DNA of 64,000 bases from an uncultured archaeon (GCA_964645535.1 CAZYCQ010000008.1:18696-82695); one strand, 5' to 3'. Numbered from the stretch's first letter, positions 29,260-40,244 are shown. A program made the numbers and translations. Notes: a model not told the origin generated them from the sequence alone.

Positions 29260-30344
29260 TTGGTTATCACCAAATGTGTAGCCCCCCGGTCATTACGACC
29301 CCTGACATTGTAAGCGTATTTTTTGGGATATTTACGGATAGATATGTTGGGATTGATCTGCTTGGCACGTTCATAGACTTTGGTGATGAATTGGCTGTTT
29401 CCAATCACCATCATTGCCTTTGACTCCAACTTGGCAAAGGCATGGACAAGATCCAGATGGTTGCTTTTTCCAAATGGAGTCTGTCCATACTCTGTGAAAT
29501 CAGAATCATAAGGGGGATCAAAAAACACAAAATCCTCGGAAGTTGGTTTTACCTTTTCAATGAATTTGAGATAATCGGAATTGTGGATTGTGGTCTGAGA
29601 AAGAAGTTTCACTGTCTTTGGGGATTGGAGAAGTTCTACTTTGGTACGGAAGGATTTGCGGTTGTAGGCGATACCGCCATAGGGAATATTAAATTTCCCT
29701 CGAGAATTGTATCGAAACATCGAACCAAACGCAAATTCCCGAATAAAGAAGAAAACCGCAATTGGGTGGAGATTTTGAGGGGGCGCATCTCGAAGCATTG
29801 TGTAGTAGGCGGCACGAATAGCCGTTTCAACATGATCCCGATAGGTCCAGCGGTCGGTCATTGGCCGTCCATGTTTGCTTTCCAACTGCGAAATGCGAAT
29901 TATTTTGGAACGAAATGAGTTGATAAGGAAAGGTGACAATGAAGATGGGAGATCTAAAGATTGGACTTCCAAGATACCCTCTCTTAGATGAACCTTTTCT
30001 AGGTCACCCAATGTAGGGGGTACACCTGTTTCCAAGTTTCGTTTTTTTAATTCAAGAAATGGATCCAAAAAAGGGGTGATCAGATCTTTCAGAAGTTCCC
30101 AGTCTTCAGCAATCTGATTAAGACTGTCAAGGAAGGCCTCATCTTGTTTTTGAACAAGCAGATAGAATTGCATCAAATCTTGATTGATGTCATTGATTGC
30201 ATTGTTACGATGCTCAAGATGGAAAAAAAGGGCACCACCCCCTACAAATGGCTCAATGTACCTGTCAAAATCCTGTGGAATTAAGCCATCAATATTTTTG
30301 ATTTCACGGCTTTTGCCACCAGGCCATTTGATCAGGGGTTTCAC
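29247..30344 (-). CDS. Dam-like (D12 class) N6-adenine DNA methyltransferase
   Basis: KPLIKWPGGK, YIEPFVGGGA, NDIN, FNIPYG, FFDPPY; contains a helical insertion. Confidence 0.92.
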   Translation of the reverse strand: MKPLIKWPGGKSREIKNIDGLIPQDFDRYIEPFVGGGALFFHLEHRNNAINDINQDLMQFYLLVQKQDEAFLDSLNQIAEDWELLKDLITPFLDPFLELKKRNLETGVPPTLGDLEKVHLREGILEVQSLDLPSSLSPFLINSFRSKIIRISQLESKHGRPMTDRWTYRDHVETAIRAAYYTMLRDAPPQNLHPIAVFFFIREFAFGSMFRYNSRGKFNIPYGGIAYNRKSFRTKVELLQSPKTVKLLSQTTIHNSDYLKFIEKVKPTSEDFVFFDPPYDSDFTEYGQTPFGKSNHLDLVHAFAKLESKAMMVIGNSQFITKVYERAKQINPNISIRKYPKKYAYNVRGRNDRGATHLVITNYSE

Positions 30345-30426
30345 ATATCTGGATTTTCTGAGCCGTTAAAAAAATTCATCAATGTATCAGGGGAAAGGTA
30401 AAAAATGGAATGCCCAACATGACAAT

Positions 30427-31677
30427 GTGAAGTACATCTCCACAAGGTCTTCAGAGATACAGACCACGTTATCTGAGGCCGTATTGCAAGGATTAGCTGC
30501 CGATGGGGGGTTGTTTGTTCCCGAAATGCTTCCCGTTTTTTCCATGGATGACTTTGATGACCTTCATTCTTGGAAAGACATAGCTGTGAGGATGCTAACA
30601 CCATTTTTTGAAGGAGATAGATTGATCGGCAAGTTACAAAATATTGTTGAAACTGCATTTTCCTTCCCATTACCGCTCACCCCATTTCGTGAAAATATTG
30701 AGATGCTTGAATTGTTTCATGGACCAACGGGTGCATTCAAGGATGTCGGAGCAAGGTTTCTTGCACGATGCTTTGAGGCATTGGGAACTGAACGAATGGT
30801 ATTGGTAGCCACATCAGGAGATACGGGTAGTGCAGTGGCATCTGCATTTTATGGACTTCAGTACACAAAAGTATCTGTCTTCTTTCCAAAAGGAAAGATT
30901 TCCCCATTCCAAGAGCACCAATTAACATGTTGGGATGACAATATCTATTCTTTCAGGGTTAGAGCAGATTTTGACTCCTGCCAGAAGTTGGTCAAAGACC
31001 TTTTTGCAGATCACGAATTGAATGAACGATTTTCTTTCAGTTCTGCAAATTCCATCAATATTGGAAGGTTGTTACCCCAATGTACATATTATGCCTTTGC
31101 AAGTTTGGATTTTTTCAGAAGAAAGAGGATTAAGCCCACCATTGTTGTTCCAACAGGAAATATGGGGAATGCATTGGCCTGCATTTGGGCACGGGAAATG
31201 GGCTTTCCTATTTCAAAAATTGTTCTCGCGACCAATGCAAACGATCCCATTCCAATATTCTTCCAAACAGGGAAGTTTACACCCAAACCTTCAATTCAGA
31301 CATTGGCCAATGCCATGGATGTCGGCAATCCAAGCAATATGGAAAGATTTCTTCATTTAGGAAACTCACAGAGGATTGTAGCCAAATCAGTCAGTAATGA
31401 AAAAATCACTGAAACAATAAGAATGGTCTGGAAAAAGATGGGAATCGTTATTGATCCACATACTGCAACAGCAGTCCATTGTGTACCGGAAGAACCTGCA
31501 ATCATCGTTTCAACAGCACATCCTGCAAAATTCAAAGAAATAGTGGAACCAATAATTGAAAGGAAGGTGGAGATTCCTGTACAGCTCCGAGCAATGCTTG
31601 AAAGATCAGTCTACTATAAAGAAATTGAACCAACGAAAGAAGATTTTCTTGAAAAATTATTGAATTATCGAGATTGA
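30427..31677 (+). CDS. thrC: Threonine synthase
   Basis: KYISTR, GLAADGGLFVP, ELFHGPTGAFKD, ATSGDTG, SANSINIGR, TAHPAKF. GTG 30427 preferred over ATG 30382. Confidence 0.95.
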   Translation: MKYISTRSSEIQTTLSEAVLQGLAADGGLFVPEMLPVFSMDDFDDLHSWKDIAVRMLTPFFEGDRLIGKLQNIVETAFSFPLPLTPFRENIEMLELFHGPTGAFKDVGARFLARCFEALGTERMVLVATSGDTGSAVASAFYGLQYTKVSVFFPKGKISPFQEHQLTCWDDNIYSFRVRADFDSCQKLVKDLFADHELNERFSFSSANSINIGRLLPQCTYYAFASLDFFRRKRIKPTIVVPTGNMGNALACIWAREMGFPISKIVLATNANDPIPIFFQTGKFTPKPSIQTLANAMDVGNPSNMERFLHLGNSQRIVAKSVSNEKITETIRMVWKKMGIVIDPHTATAVHCVPEEPAIIVSTAHPAKFKEIVEPIIERKVEIPVQLRAMLERSVYYKEIEPTKEDFLEKLLNYRD

Positions 31678-34019
31678 TTTTGTCTCCTTCGGATCAGGAG
31701 AATCAGGGTCCCCATCATTAGAAGAGTGGTTATTGGCAATCCAATTCCTCCAGTTTCGGTCGGAGTTGTTTCAGAAGTGATGGCATTGGATGTTCCGGAA
31801 AAGGTCGAGGATACTGAAGAAATGTCAATGTTAAACCCACTAAGCAGGATTAGCTTTGCATATCCATCCAAAGTCAGGGAGAGTTCGTTGCCATCCATAA
31901 AATAGGTCGCGTTTCCATTCAGGACATCTACAAGAACTGCATTTTCTGGAAGATAGGAATCGTTAAGGAAAATACGTACTCTTTTGGAGTAAGGGTCACG
32001 ATTGACGACGACAACCGCGTCAGGATTGTCAGCATTGGCGAGATGCCTATAAAAGGTCATGACACCATCCTGTGTATCCTCGGGAATGAGAAAATCACCT
32101 TGTCGAAGGACAGGATAGGATTTCCTGACATGGATCAGTTTTTTGTAGAAATCCAGCATGGTTGTATTCATTGCATCCCATGGAAAAGTTCCTCTTGTTC
32201 CAGGATCACCGAGACCTTCCATTCCCACTTCATCACCATACCAAATAACCGGAGTTCCGGGGAATGAGAATTGAAGAGTTGCCGCAACAAGAACCAAATC
32301 AGAATTGCCATCAAGAACACTGCGGACCCTAGATCGATCATGATTCCCGAGGTTTACCCAAAGGGAATAGAAGGCTTCTTTGGGATAATTTTCTTGGATT
32401 GCACGCATCAACTCGGCATATGTAGAATCCAAATAATTTCCCCGTATCCAGTCAAGAGTGTTGAATCGGAAGGGCATGTTTTGGGTACCGTCATTTTGGT
32501 CACCAGTAAGCCATTGGGTTGCCCTTTCCCAGATCTCACCAATAACAACTGCATCAGGATTGGTGGTCTTAACAGTATCACGAATGGCTCGGTTCACCAG
32601 ACGACTGTTTTGCCCATCTTGGTACATATTGTTGACATCCAACCGAAATCCATCCACACCATGACTCATCCAATAATCAAAGATATTGTTTGGACCGGTG
32701 ACCAACTCCTCCAAGGCAGTTGTTCCTTCATAAATTATTGTTGGGATGTGTTTCAATCCGAACCATGCGTCATAATCTTCATTGTAATCATAAAAACGGA
32801 ACCAATCATAGTATGGGGATTGAAATGGATGTTCAAATGCACCCCAGATGTCAGGATAATAATCAGGGACATTGAACCCTTGGGCACGTTCAAGATCGAA
32901 AATATTTTGGTTCTCATACCTTTGGAAATAAACTCCTTGTGCAGAATGATGGTTGATCACAGTGTCGTAGATGATTTTGATGCCATTCTCTTCCAAAGTC
33001 GATGAGAAATTATCAAAGAACTCCATGCTCAGAGTGTAGTTGTTTAATGGTCTTCCTCCATCCCTTCCTGCTAAAACACCATAATAGCTGTCCAATACGC
33101 GATAATCATCTACGGAATAGCCATGATTATCTGGAGCCTCTGTAAAGGGATTAAACCAGATGAAATCAACTCCAAGTTCCTTGAGATAATCAAGTTTTTC
33201 CATTACCCCCTGAAGATCACCCCCGAAATAGTCATACCCACCTTGAGGCTCTTCATCCCAAGACTGATGTTTTGTTACATAAACTCGCGGTTCATCATCA
33301 TTGTCCATTATACCATTTCCGTTTGAATCCCATTCATACCAAACCACATCCCCGCTTGAACCATCACCGACAGGATCATTGGACAAATCTCCATTATAGA
33401 ATCGATCTATGAAGATTTGGTACCCCACTGCATTTTTGTGCCATTCAGGGGTTGTGAAACTCGGATCATAGAAAACAATGGCATAATCTCCTTCAGAATC
33501 ATGGGTATCGGTAACTCTTCCAACCCCTCCAGTCTGATAGCCTCTGTTATCCTCAAATTGAGATCGAACTACGTCATCATTATAGTAGTCGGTATCTGTT
33601 CCATCAGTAAGCAAGAAAGCATAATAGATGTCTGTTGGTTCGTCAGGACTGGGAAGTGTTATTTCCCAATAATCATATGTAGAATCTGAAGAAGTTATGG
33701 ACATCGGGACATAATTATCTGTTCGTTTTACATTGTCCCAATATTTCAATTGGACGCCTGTCAGATCATTTCGATAGGACCGAATCCTGAGGGTCACATC
33801 AGTCCCCACAGGCACTGCACCAGTAAGCTGTGTTCCCCAACCAGGATTTCTGTAGAATGGGTCTCGAGAATCGTGCAGGATACCATCCCATTCAACATTG
33901 TTGTCGTTTGATGCAATATGGCTTTTAACAATTGCCAGTTTATTGGTGGCAAAACCACTAGGGAGAGAGGCAAGCAAGCCTATCAACAAGAGAATTGCAA
34001 AAGATTTTTGATTCTTCAT
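31665..34019 (-). CDS. Surface-anchored GH13 amylopullulanase/neopullulanase-like glycosidase
   Basis: Signal peptide; YQIFIDRF, GGDLQG, DGFRLDV, GEIW, NHD; Ser/Thr linker, TM and RRR tail. Confidence 0.9.
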   Translation of the reverse strand: MKNQKSFAILLLIGLLASLPSGFATNKLAIVKSHIASNDNNVEWDGILHDSRDPFYRNPGWGTQLTGAVPVGTDVTLRIRSYRNDLTGVQLKYWDNVKRTDNYVPMSITSSDSTYDYWEITLPSPDEPTDIYYAFLLTDGTDTDYYNDDVVRSQFEDNRGYQTGGVGRVTDTHDSEGDYAIVFYDPSFTTPEWHKNAVGYQIFIDRFYNGDLSNDPVGDGSSGDVVWYEWDSNGNGIMDNDDEPRVYVTKHQSWDEEPQGGYDYFGGDLQGVMEKLDYLKELGVDFIWFNPFTEAPDNHGYSVDDYRVLDSYYGVLAGRDGGRPLNNYTLSMEFFDNFSSTLEENGIKIIYDTVINHHSAQGVYFQRYENQNIFDLERAQGFNVPDYYPDIWGAFEHPFQSPYYDWFRFYDYNEDYDAWFGLKHIPTIIYEGTTALEELVTGPNNIFDYWMSHGVDGFRLDVNNMYQDGQNSRLVNRAIRDTVKTTNPDAVVIGEIWERATQWLTGDQNDGTQNMPFRFNTLDWIRGNYLDSTYAELMRAIQENYPKEAFYSLWVNLGNHDRSRVRSVLDGNSDLVLVAATLQFSFPGTPVIWYGDEVGMEGLGDPGTRGTFPWDAMNTTMLDFYKKLIHVRKSYPVLRQGDFLIPEDTQDGVMTFYRHLANADNPDAVVVVNRDPYSKRVRIFLNDSYLPENAVLVDVLNGNATYFMDGNELSLTLDGYAKLILLSGFNIDISSVSSTFSGTSNAITSETTPTETGGIGLPITTLLMMGTLILLIRRRQNQSR

Positions 34020-34095
34020 TGATCAAAAGGAAGTAAAATCCAATATGATTAAAGCTCTTTTCTGATTCAAAGGAAAAATGTTTGTTTTGCCTCTA

Positions 34096-35013
34096 TCAAA
34101 GTTTTTTCTTTTTATTCAGAGCCATTGCAATAAAAGTGGGAATTACCAGTGCAGGGTAAAAACTCGCATCTGCTTCCAATGCGGAGGATGAGGTCTTTGT
34201 TACTTTTGGAGTGGTGATGATCATCTGTGTAAGATCTTTATTGAGGGAATTTGCATCCGTAATTGCGGAAAACCAAGCGTCCATTGTCAATTGAATGGCT
34301 AATTCAAGCCTCTCCACAAGAATTTCTGATGTTTCATTGTAGAAAGTCCCCCAATAGTCACCACTTTCTTTTGCTTTGTCATCTGCCTCCAATAGAAGGG
34401 GAACAACAGCCAATCCGCTTGCAATTGCAGCTTTGGTAGCATTATAGATATCTGAGACATACTTGGGTTCCCCTATTTCTACCTGTTGCCAGATGGCTTC
34501 CCAATATTTGTCAGGAAGAATGGTTTCAAACCGGGAGTGGATACCATCATTCCCAGTCAATTGTCCATCAAAGTTAGAAGTGGCATGGAATGGCTGTGAT
34601 GCATCCGACAGGTAATGGGACAGTGATCCCATTAGAAGAAGGACTTCATTTCCCTGGTTCTGTTTGATGGCCTCAACTAATTTCAAGGAAGTGTTCATTG
34701 CTGCCCATGAAACAACACCTAACGAGTAGTTTTCAGAGGTTGAGGAAACATTGATGTCTGTATGGGGAATATCTGAATCATCATAATGTCGCGGTCTTTC
34801 ATTCGGATCCTTATCCTTGTTTTCGTCCGGGAAGATAGAGCCCTCACGTAACTCTTGGACATGAGCTTGTAGCCAAGTTTTCCAATTTTCTGGCAATTTT
34901 TCAATGGCTCTTTCTGCAACTTCCTTATGAACGGAATACCCCCAAGCATTTGCCGGCATTAACATACCCTGAAGCAAGAAAAGGAGATAAAAGGCAATAA
35001 GATATTTTTTCAT
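34096..35013 (-). CDS. Surface-anchored S1/P1 nuclease / Zn-phospholipase C family protein
   Basis: ANA|WG...H mature N-terminus, FPD, HYLSDASQPFH, GIHSRFE; C-terminal TM plus KKKK. Start at ATG 35013. Confidence 0.85.
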   Translation of the reverse strand: MKKYLIAFYLLFLLQGMLMPANAWGYSVHKEVAERAIEKLPENWKTWLQAHVQELREGSIFPDENKDKDPNERPRHYDDSDIPHTDINVSSTSENYSLGVVSWAAMNTSLKLVEAIKQNQGNEVLLLMGSLSHYLSDASQPFHATSNFDGQLTGNDGIHSRFETILPDKYWEAIWQQVEIGEPKYVSDIYNATKAAIASGLAVVPLLLEADDKAKESGDYWGTFYNETSEILVERLELAIQLTMDAWFSAITDANSLNKDLTQMIITTPKVTKTSSSALEADASFYPALVIPTFIAMALNKKKKL

Positions 35014-35103
35014 CGACGGAGGCAGGAAACACTTCAACTTAAAGATCATGTCAGCGGCCATACCAGATTACAAAATTCAATACAATTCGAATATCTTTAA
35101 ATT

Positions 35104-37125
35104 ATGCAGAATTTTCACTACATCATGAACTTTCGAATTTTGGTTTGGTTAATTGCCATTTTGTTGATTGGAACAACAGGCAATACCTTAGGAAATAACC
35201 ACGTCATGTCAATCACTTATAAAAGTACGGGAATTTCTGACATGAGTGCGCAGTTCCTGAATTCATCTGCAATCCCCTTGTCTCCCCTTGCAGATGTAGA
35301 TCGAGCGGATTTGGCCAATTATACGGCAACCATAAATTTCGATCCCCAAACATCCAACTATACCGTTCAAATGACCATCAGCTTCAGAAACCCGGTAAAT
35401 GAGCTACACACCATCCCACTCAACCATTGGCTACTTTCATTCACCGATGAATTCCTGTCCAGCGCACAGAAAAACGATCGAGGGATTTACCCCAATGGCT
35501 TTGATGACATTTTTCTTCAATATGGAAACATTTCGGTCAATGGGAGCCCAGTCAATTATTCAATTGTTTTGACACATCTTGAACTCTTCCTTAATTCCAC
35601 GAACTTTGATCCCATTCCTCAAGGGGAGATTGTCACAATTTCTATGGAATTTAATGCAGATGTTCCAAATTCTGCGAGAAGATATGCTAAGCTCATCGGA
35701 CAGGATGGAAGCGTGGTCTATGCCATGCCCCACATCCTTCCCTTGCTCCCAGTATATGAGGAAGGGCTGTGGAGAGCAGATCCTTTTGATTTTCGGGGAG
35801 AACCATTCTATTCTGAAGCATCGTTCTTCAGAGTTGAAGTCATAACCCCAATTGATTTTGTTTATGGGGCTACAGGCCATATCGTTTCCGAACAAACAGA
35901 CAATGGGACAAAAACAAGAATTTATGAGGCGTATCCAGTCCGGGATTGGGCAATGGTCGGATCTCTGAATTACGAAATGAGTGAGGGAATCGTTGCCCTA
36001 CCTAGTGGAAGGGAGGTCTCCATCAAGTCGTTCTATCTAAGTGGAGACAGTGCATTTGGAATTGAACAGAAAAGATATGGAGTTGAGGCAATAGCCTTTT
36101 TTTCAAGAGAGACAGGTGTTGAATATCCCTATGATGATTACGTCCTTGCCCAAGTTGTAAGTGTGTTCTATGGGGGAATGGAATATCCCCAACTGGTTTT
36201 GAATGCAGCAAGTTCAAGTGGCGTGGTTGTTCATGAAACAGGCCATCAATGGAACTGGGGAATCATCGGGATGGATCAGCCCCACGAAACATGGCTTGAT
36301 GAAGGGCTGACCTCGTTTTGGACAGATGAATTCCATGTTTTTGATGGAACTGAGACACGCCAAAGTCTTGGCAACAGATACAATAAGGCATACATCAAAG
36401 ACTTCAAACAGTCGCCAGACATCATCAACCATACCATCTATAATTCCACAGACTATGTTCTGATGAGCTATTACAAGATGCCTGCGGTTCTCCATGATCT
36501 GCAACATTTGATCGGGGATGACCTCTTTAAGTTGATTCTCAAGAACTTCTATAGGGAAAATAGATTTGGAATTGGAAAATCCACGGAAATGATTGACGAA
36601 TTCGCCCAATCCCTGAATGGCGATTGGATCTATGATTATTTTGATGCCTTTTTGAATACTCATTTTATCCCCCACTACAAAACAAAAATTTCCGTGTTGA
36701 AATCCAATGCCACCTTTACCACAGTACAAGTCAACTTCACTGATTTTTGGCCAGGAGTCCCGCAACGAATTGAACTGGATACGTCCGCATTTCCTGCACC
36801 TTTTGAAAAAAGCATTCTTGTGGATGGGAATATCAGTGGAGTGTGGGAAGTTGAATCTCCCTATTTTGAGGATTTCTATTTTGATCCACTAAGACAGAAT
36901 CTTGCAACCTACAATCAAAGATATTATTATGTTCCTCCACTTTACCCATCAGAACCTTCAACGAGGATAACCACAACCAGTGAAACCGAAAACTTTACAT
37001 CAAACGATGTTTCGTCGACTATTCCTTCAGAATCCCGATTGGCAATTTCTTTTTCCATGGTGATGGGTTCAACCATTATGGCGATAATTGCAAGACGAAA
37101 AAAGGCTATTTTTTCCGCGCATTGA
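35104..37125 (+). CDS. Surface-anchored M1 family metallo-aminopeptidase
   Basis: GGMEYP, HETGHQW...WLDEG, YYK; signal peptide; Ser/Thr linker, TM and RRKK tail. Confidence 0.9.
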   Translation: MQNFHYIMNFRILVWLIAILLIGTTGNTLGNNHVMSITYKSTGISDMSAQFLNSSAIPLSPLADVDRADLANYTATINFDPQTSNYTVQMTISFRNPVNELHTIPLNHWLLSFTDEFLSSAQKNDRGIYPNGFDDIFLQYGNISVNGSPVNYSIVLTHLELFLNSTNFDPIPQGEIVTISMEFNADVPNSARRYAKLIGQDGSVVYAMPHILPLLPVYEEGLWRADPFDFRGEPFYSEASFFRVEVITPIDFVYGATGHIVSEQTDNGTKTRIYEAYPVRDWAMVGSLNYEMSEGIVALPSGREVSIKSFYLSGDSAFGIEQKRYGVEAIAFFSRETGVEYPYDDYVLAQVVSVFYGGMEYPQLVLNAASSSGVVVHETGHQWNWGIIGMDQPHETWLDEGLTSFWTDEFHVFDGTETRQSLGNRYNKAYIKDFKQSPDIINHTIYNSTDYVLMSYYKMPAVLHDLQHLIGDDLFKLILKNFYRENRFGIGKSTEMIDEFAQSLNGDWIYDYFDAFLNTHFIPHYKTKISVLKSNATFTTVQVNFTDFWPGVPQRIELDTSAFPAPFEKSILVDGNISGVWEVESPYFEDFYFDPLRQNLATYNQRYYYVPPLYPSEPSTRITTTSETENFTSNDVSSTIPSESRLAISFSMVMGSTIMAIIARRKKAIFSAH

Positions 37126-37226
37126 CCCCATTTTTCTAAGTTAGTGATCTTTTTCAGATGTTTTTTGCGTATTTTTTGCAACACATTATCATCGCAAAGC
37201 ATAAAGGGAACAGAACTGTAGGACGG

Positions 37227-37790
37227 ATGTTGACAGATCAATCGGTTTCTGATTTTTTGCGAATGGGTGATTTTATCAACCAAATTTTTGTTGTGCACAA
37301 ATCTGGGATTGTCATTCTTTCTAGGATTTATCAGCAAAGTTGCATTTCCTCAGACCCTCAACTTATTGGAGGATTGCTGAGTGCAATGTTGACTCTGGTT
37401 CAACATGACACGAACGATACACGTTATTGCAGTTGGGAAATGGATGGAAGGCACAGATTGAAAGATATCGGGATGTCCTGCTCCAGATGGTTTATCGGCA
37501 CCCATGGAGACTTCACCATTGCAACCCTAGTTCCCTATAGCTCACCCTTGATCACTTCAAACAGATATGATATCATTCAGAAAATCAATCAAGCCATAAT
37601 TGCCTCTTTTTCAATCTTCATCGAATTTGGGACAGATGGAATAAACGGAAAGGTTGAAGCCATTCAGGATTACACAATCGAGTTTGGGAACACACTCGAC
37701 AGTCTGATATTTGAGTCCCTGTATGACAATCTGGGTATAGAAATAGGATTTGAAAAGGGGAAGCATTATGATGTACAGAGACTAGTATAA
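37227..37790 (+). CDS. Standalone longin/roadblock-like protein
   Basis: IFVVHKSGIVILSRIY...DPQLIGGLLSAM...LKDIG...FTIATLV. Start uncertain (37158, 37227 or 37263). Confidence 0.7.
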   Translation: MLTDQSVSDFLRMGDFINQIFVVHKSGIVILSRIYQQSCISSDPQLIGGLLSAMLTLVQHDTNDTRYCSWEMDGRHRLKDIGMSCSRWFIGTHGDFTIATLVPYSSPLITSNRYDIIQKINQAIIASFSIFIEFGTDGINGKVEAIQDYTIEFGNTLDSLIFESLYDNLGIEIGFEKGKHYDVQRLV

Positions 37791-40244
37791 TGAATGAAAA
37801 AGGTTCAGAATCTCATTTTCCTTGATGAGCTTCCCATCAGCCACACCAACCTCCATAAGAGGGAGCAAGGAACTGATGAGGGTTTGGAAAGCTAATTGGT
37901 CTGTTTTTTGTCGAGGAGTTGTGAACAGAATCACATCAAAATCGCCTACTGTTTCAATGAAAATGACGGAATGCCAGAAGAAAATGGCATTTACGTTCTC
38001 CTTGGAATTACGTATTTCTTCGACAAGACCGTTGATGCTGGAGATAAAATGCTCTACAAGGATTGAAATGAGCTCTTGGTTTTTTTCTTTGATTGAAGAT
38101 CGAAAAATGTATTCCCCCTTGTATTTAATGAAGAGGTCAGTACTCTTTTCATGCCCTTCTACTCCAAAAAGAGTGGGAGAAAATATCAATAGGTCTTCAG
38201 CACTCTTGCGTATTAAGGTATAAGGATCGGTAATGTTCTGAATTATCGAATAATTTGAATCTTTGAGAAAGAAATTGAGGATTTGTATGAAGTCATAATT
38301 TTTTCCGTTAAGGATATGCCATTTGACCAAATCACGACATCCCTTGAAATTATCATCTGCACGACGTGTCTCACCAATTTTAAGATAGAAGAGTCCCTTG
38401 ATGAATAGAACATAGGTATGCAAAAGCTTCTGACCATATCTTAACGAGATGGTTTCCAAGATTTGTATTGCAGATTCAAGACGGGTACGCAGAAGAGAAT
38501 ATTCCCTGGTTTCTTGTTGAACTGTCCCTAGGGATTTAAACCACATACGGACAATGTTGAAATAATAGTTGATTAATGAAGGAAGTTCTCTTACGATTTT
38601 CTTTTTGAGGAGAATTGAAATATCAATATTCATTATTTCCATAAAGAATTTTTGTAGATTCTGTGTGTACTCTTGATAGTTTGTCTCAAACCACTTTCTT
38701 GAAGCCAATGCAACAGGTTGAGAACGGTCATTCACCAAAAGGGAATGGATTTTCACCCGCTTGGCCATATTTGCGTCCCAAAGTACATTGAGGATAAAGT
38801 TCAAATCAAATTTCGGATAGTCTTGGCGGAATTCGTCAAGTGATTTGATCCTGATTGAGGGATTGAGGAACAAGATTGTTTCAATGAATTTGTCAATGTC
38901 AGGTGTTCTTTTAGAAGGTACAATGAGATTGAAGGTGAGATAGTGAAAGGGATCGATATTATCGGGGTGTTCAACAAGAAGGAAACGATTTGAAAGGTAA
39001 GGCAATTGTTGCAGACTTGCAATTCGGATCCATTCAGGAGTTCCTTTTTCAAGAATAAACACAATATCGGGAAAGGAGGGATGTTGACCCTTGGCACGAA
39101 CCTTTTTCCCTGAAAGTTGACTGAATTCAGGGGAGACCGGGAGGGGATCGCCTAAACCAAAATATCGGTAAGAATAGGCCATCAGATCACGATCCAGATG
39201 TTCCTCGATTATGGAACCTTGGTGGAATTCAAAATGTCTCAGAACATTTAGAGCAAAACAAATCAATCGTAAATCCTGTGTTTTGTTGATTTCTTTTGAA
39301 AGCAAGGTGAATGAAAATTCGTCATGATGGAAATTAAGGATTCTTCCAGTTTCAAACCAGACATCCTCCAACCATTCGTCATCATCATAAATTTCCTTTA
39401 CCAATTCTGAAAGGGCAACCACGAATGTTCCCAACAATGTTGAAAGGTTCCGTTTTCCTCCTGCATTGAAACCAAATAATGTTAGACTTTCTTTGGAAAT
39501 GGATATCGATTCATAGGGATGTTTGGGAGGGGGAATGAAATAGGGATTGGTGATGAAAAGCATCATCCAATTGAATTGAAAGAGGTTTTCAATTATGGGA
39601 TCAATATCAGCCAAGCTTAATTGTTCCTGTTCAAGATAAGATAACCCTATTTGAAATTCCTTCGTGAAGCCCTGTGTAAGTTTGCTTTGATCAAACAGAA
39701 GAAGCCAGTCCAAAAGTTCTCCTGCTTTTATTTTCAATTGGGAGGTCAGCTCTTTTCTCCCAAAACAGTGATTGACCAATCCTTGAATGATGAGGAGGTA
39801 TGCACAAAGAAGAAACTGAGAATGCGTTTCCAATTGATCGTGTAATTCTCCGATAGCAACATTCAATAGATCGACATAAACGATGTCATTTTGTTCCTTA
39901 AGGAGTTGATAGAGTATTCTGCCCAAGGCAATTCGCCCCTCAATCAACCAATAGGTCTCTTCATTTCGAAAACTTCCCAAATCCATAATCGAAAATGCAT
40001 GTAAGGATTCTGTCGAAGATATTTTGTACCCAAAGATTTTCTGGAAGTCAATTGAACAGGAGTCAATCAATTGCTCTAGATCTGCAAAAGAATAGTCGGA
40101 TGTAGAGGATTTTTTTGAGGAACTAGACGAGTTGGGATAAGCTGAGGCAATCTGATTATTGAAGCACTTTTCATTAAAAAGTTGAAAATATTTATTGTCT
40201 TGTATCAATCCCACCACATAGGAAAGATTATCACAACCTATCAT
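37782..40244 (-). CDS. Protein with two helical+longin-like modules
   Basis: Internal duplication: LLGTFVVALSELVKEI..LEDVWFETG and LVEHFISSINGLVEEI..VNAIFFWHS. Confidence 0.7.
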   Translation of the reverse strand: MIGCDNLSYVVGLIQDNKYFQLFNEKCFNNQIASAYPNSSSSSKKSSTSDYSFADLEQLIDSCSIDFQKIFGYKISSTESLHAFSIMDLGSFRNEETYWLIEGRIALGRILYQLLKEQNDIVYVDLLNVAIGELHDQLETHSQFLLCAYLLIIQGLVNHCFGRKELTSQLKIKAGELLDWLLLFDQSKLTQGFTKEFQIGLSYLEQEQLSLADIDPIIENLFQFNWMMLFITNPYFIPPPKHPYESISISKESLTLFGFNAGGKRNLSTLLGTFVVALSELVKEIYDDDEWLEDVWFETGRILNFHHDEFSFTLLSKEINKTQDLRLICFALNVLRHFEFHQGSIIEEHLDRDLMAYSYRYFGLGDPLPVSPEFSQLSGKKVRAKGQHPSFPDIVFILEKGTPEWIRIASLQQLPYLSNRFLLVEHPDNIDPFHYLTFNLIVPSKRTPDIDKFIETILFLNPSIRIKSLDEFRQDYPKFDLNFILNVLWDANMAKRVKIHSLLVNDRSQPVALASRKWFETNYQEYTQNLQKFFMEIMNIDISILLKKKIVRELPSLINYYFNIVRMWFKSLGTVQQETREYSLLRTRLESAIQILETISLRYGQKLLHTYVLFIKGLFYLKIGETRRADDNFKGCRDLVKWHILNGKNYDFIQILNFFLKDSNYSIIQNITDPYTLIRKSAEDLLIFSPTLFGVEGHEKSTDLFIKYKGEYIFRSSIKEKNQELISILVEHFISSINGLVEEIRNSKENVNAIFFWHSVIFIETVGDFDVILFTTPRQKTDQLAFQTLISSLLPLMEVGVADGKLIKENEILNLFHSLY

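Noticed and set aside
29247-30344. Complete restriction-modification system
   Set aside because: No adjacent endonuclease gene; the flanks are thrB and thrC.
32271-33005. 244-aa plus-strand ORF, and similar antisense ORFs (15097-15642, 29442-29918, 36214-36765, 45298-45801)
   Set aside because: Shadows of well-supported genes on the opposite strand, with no motifs.
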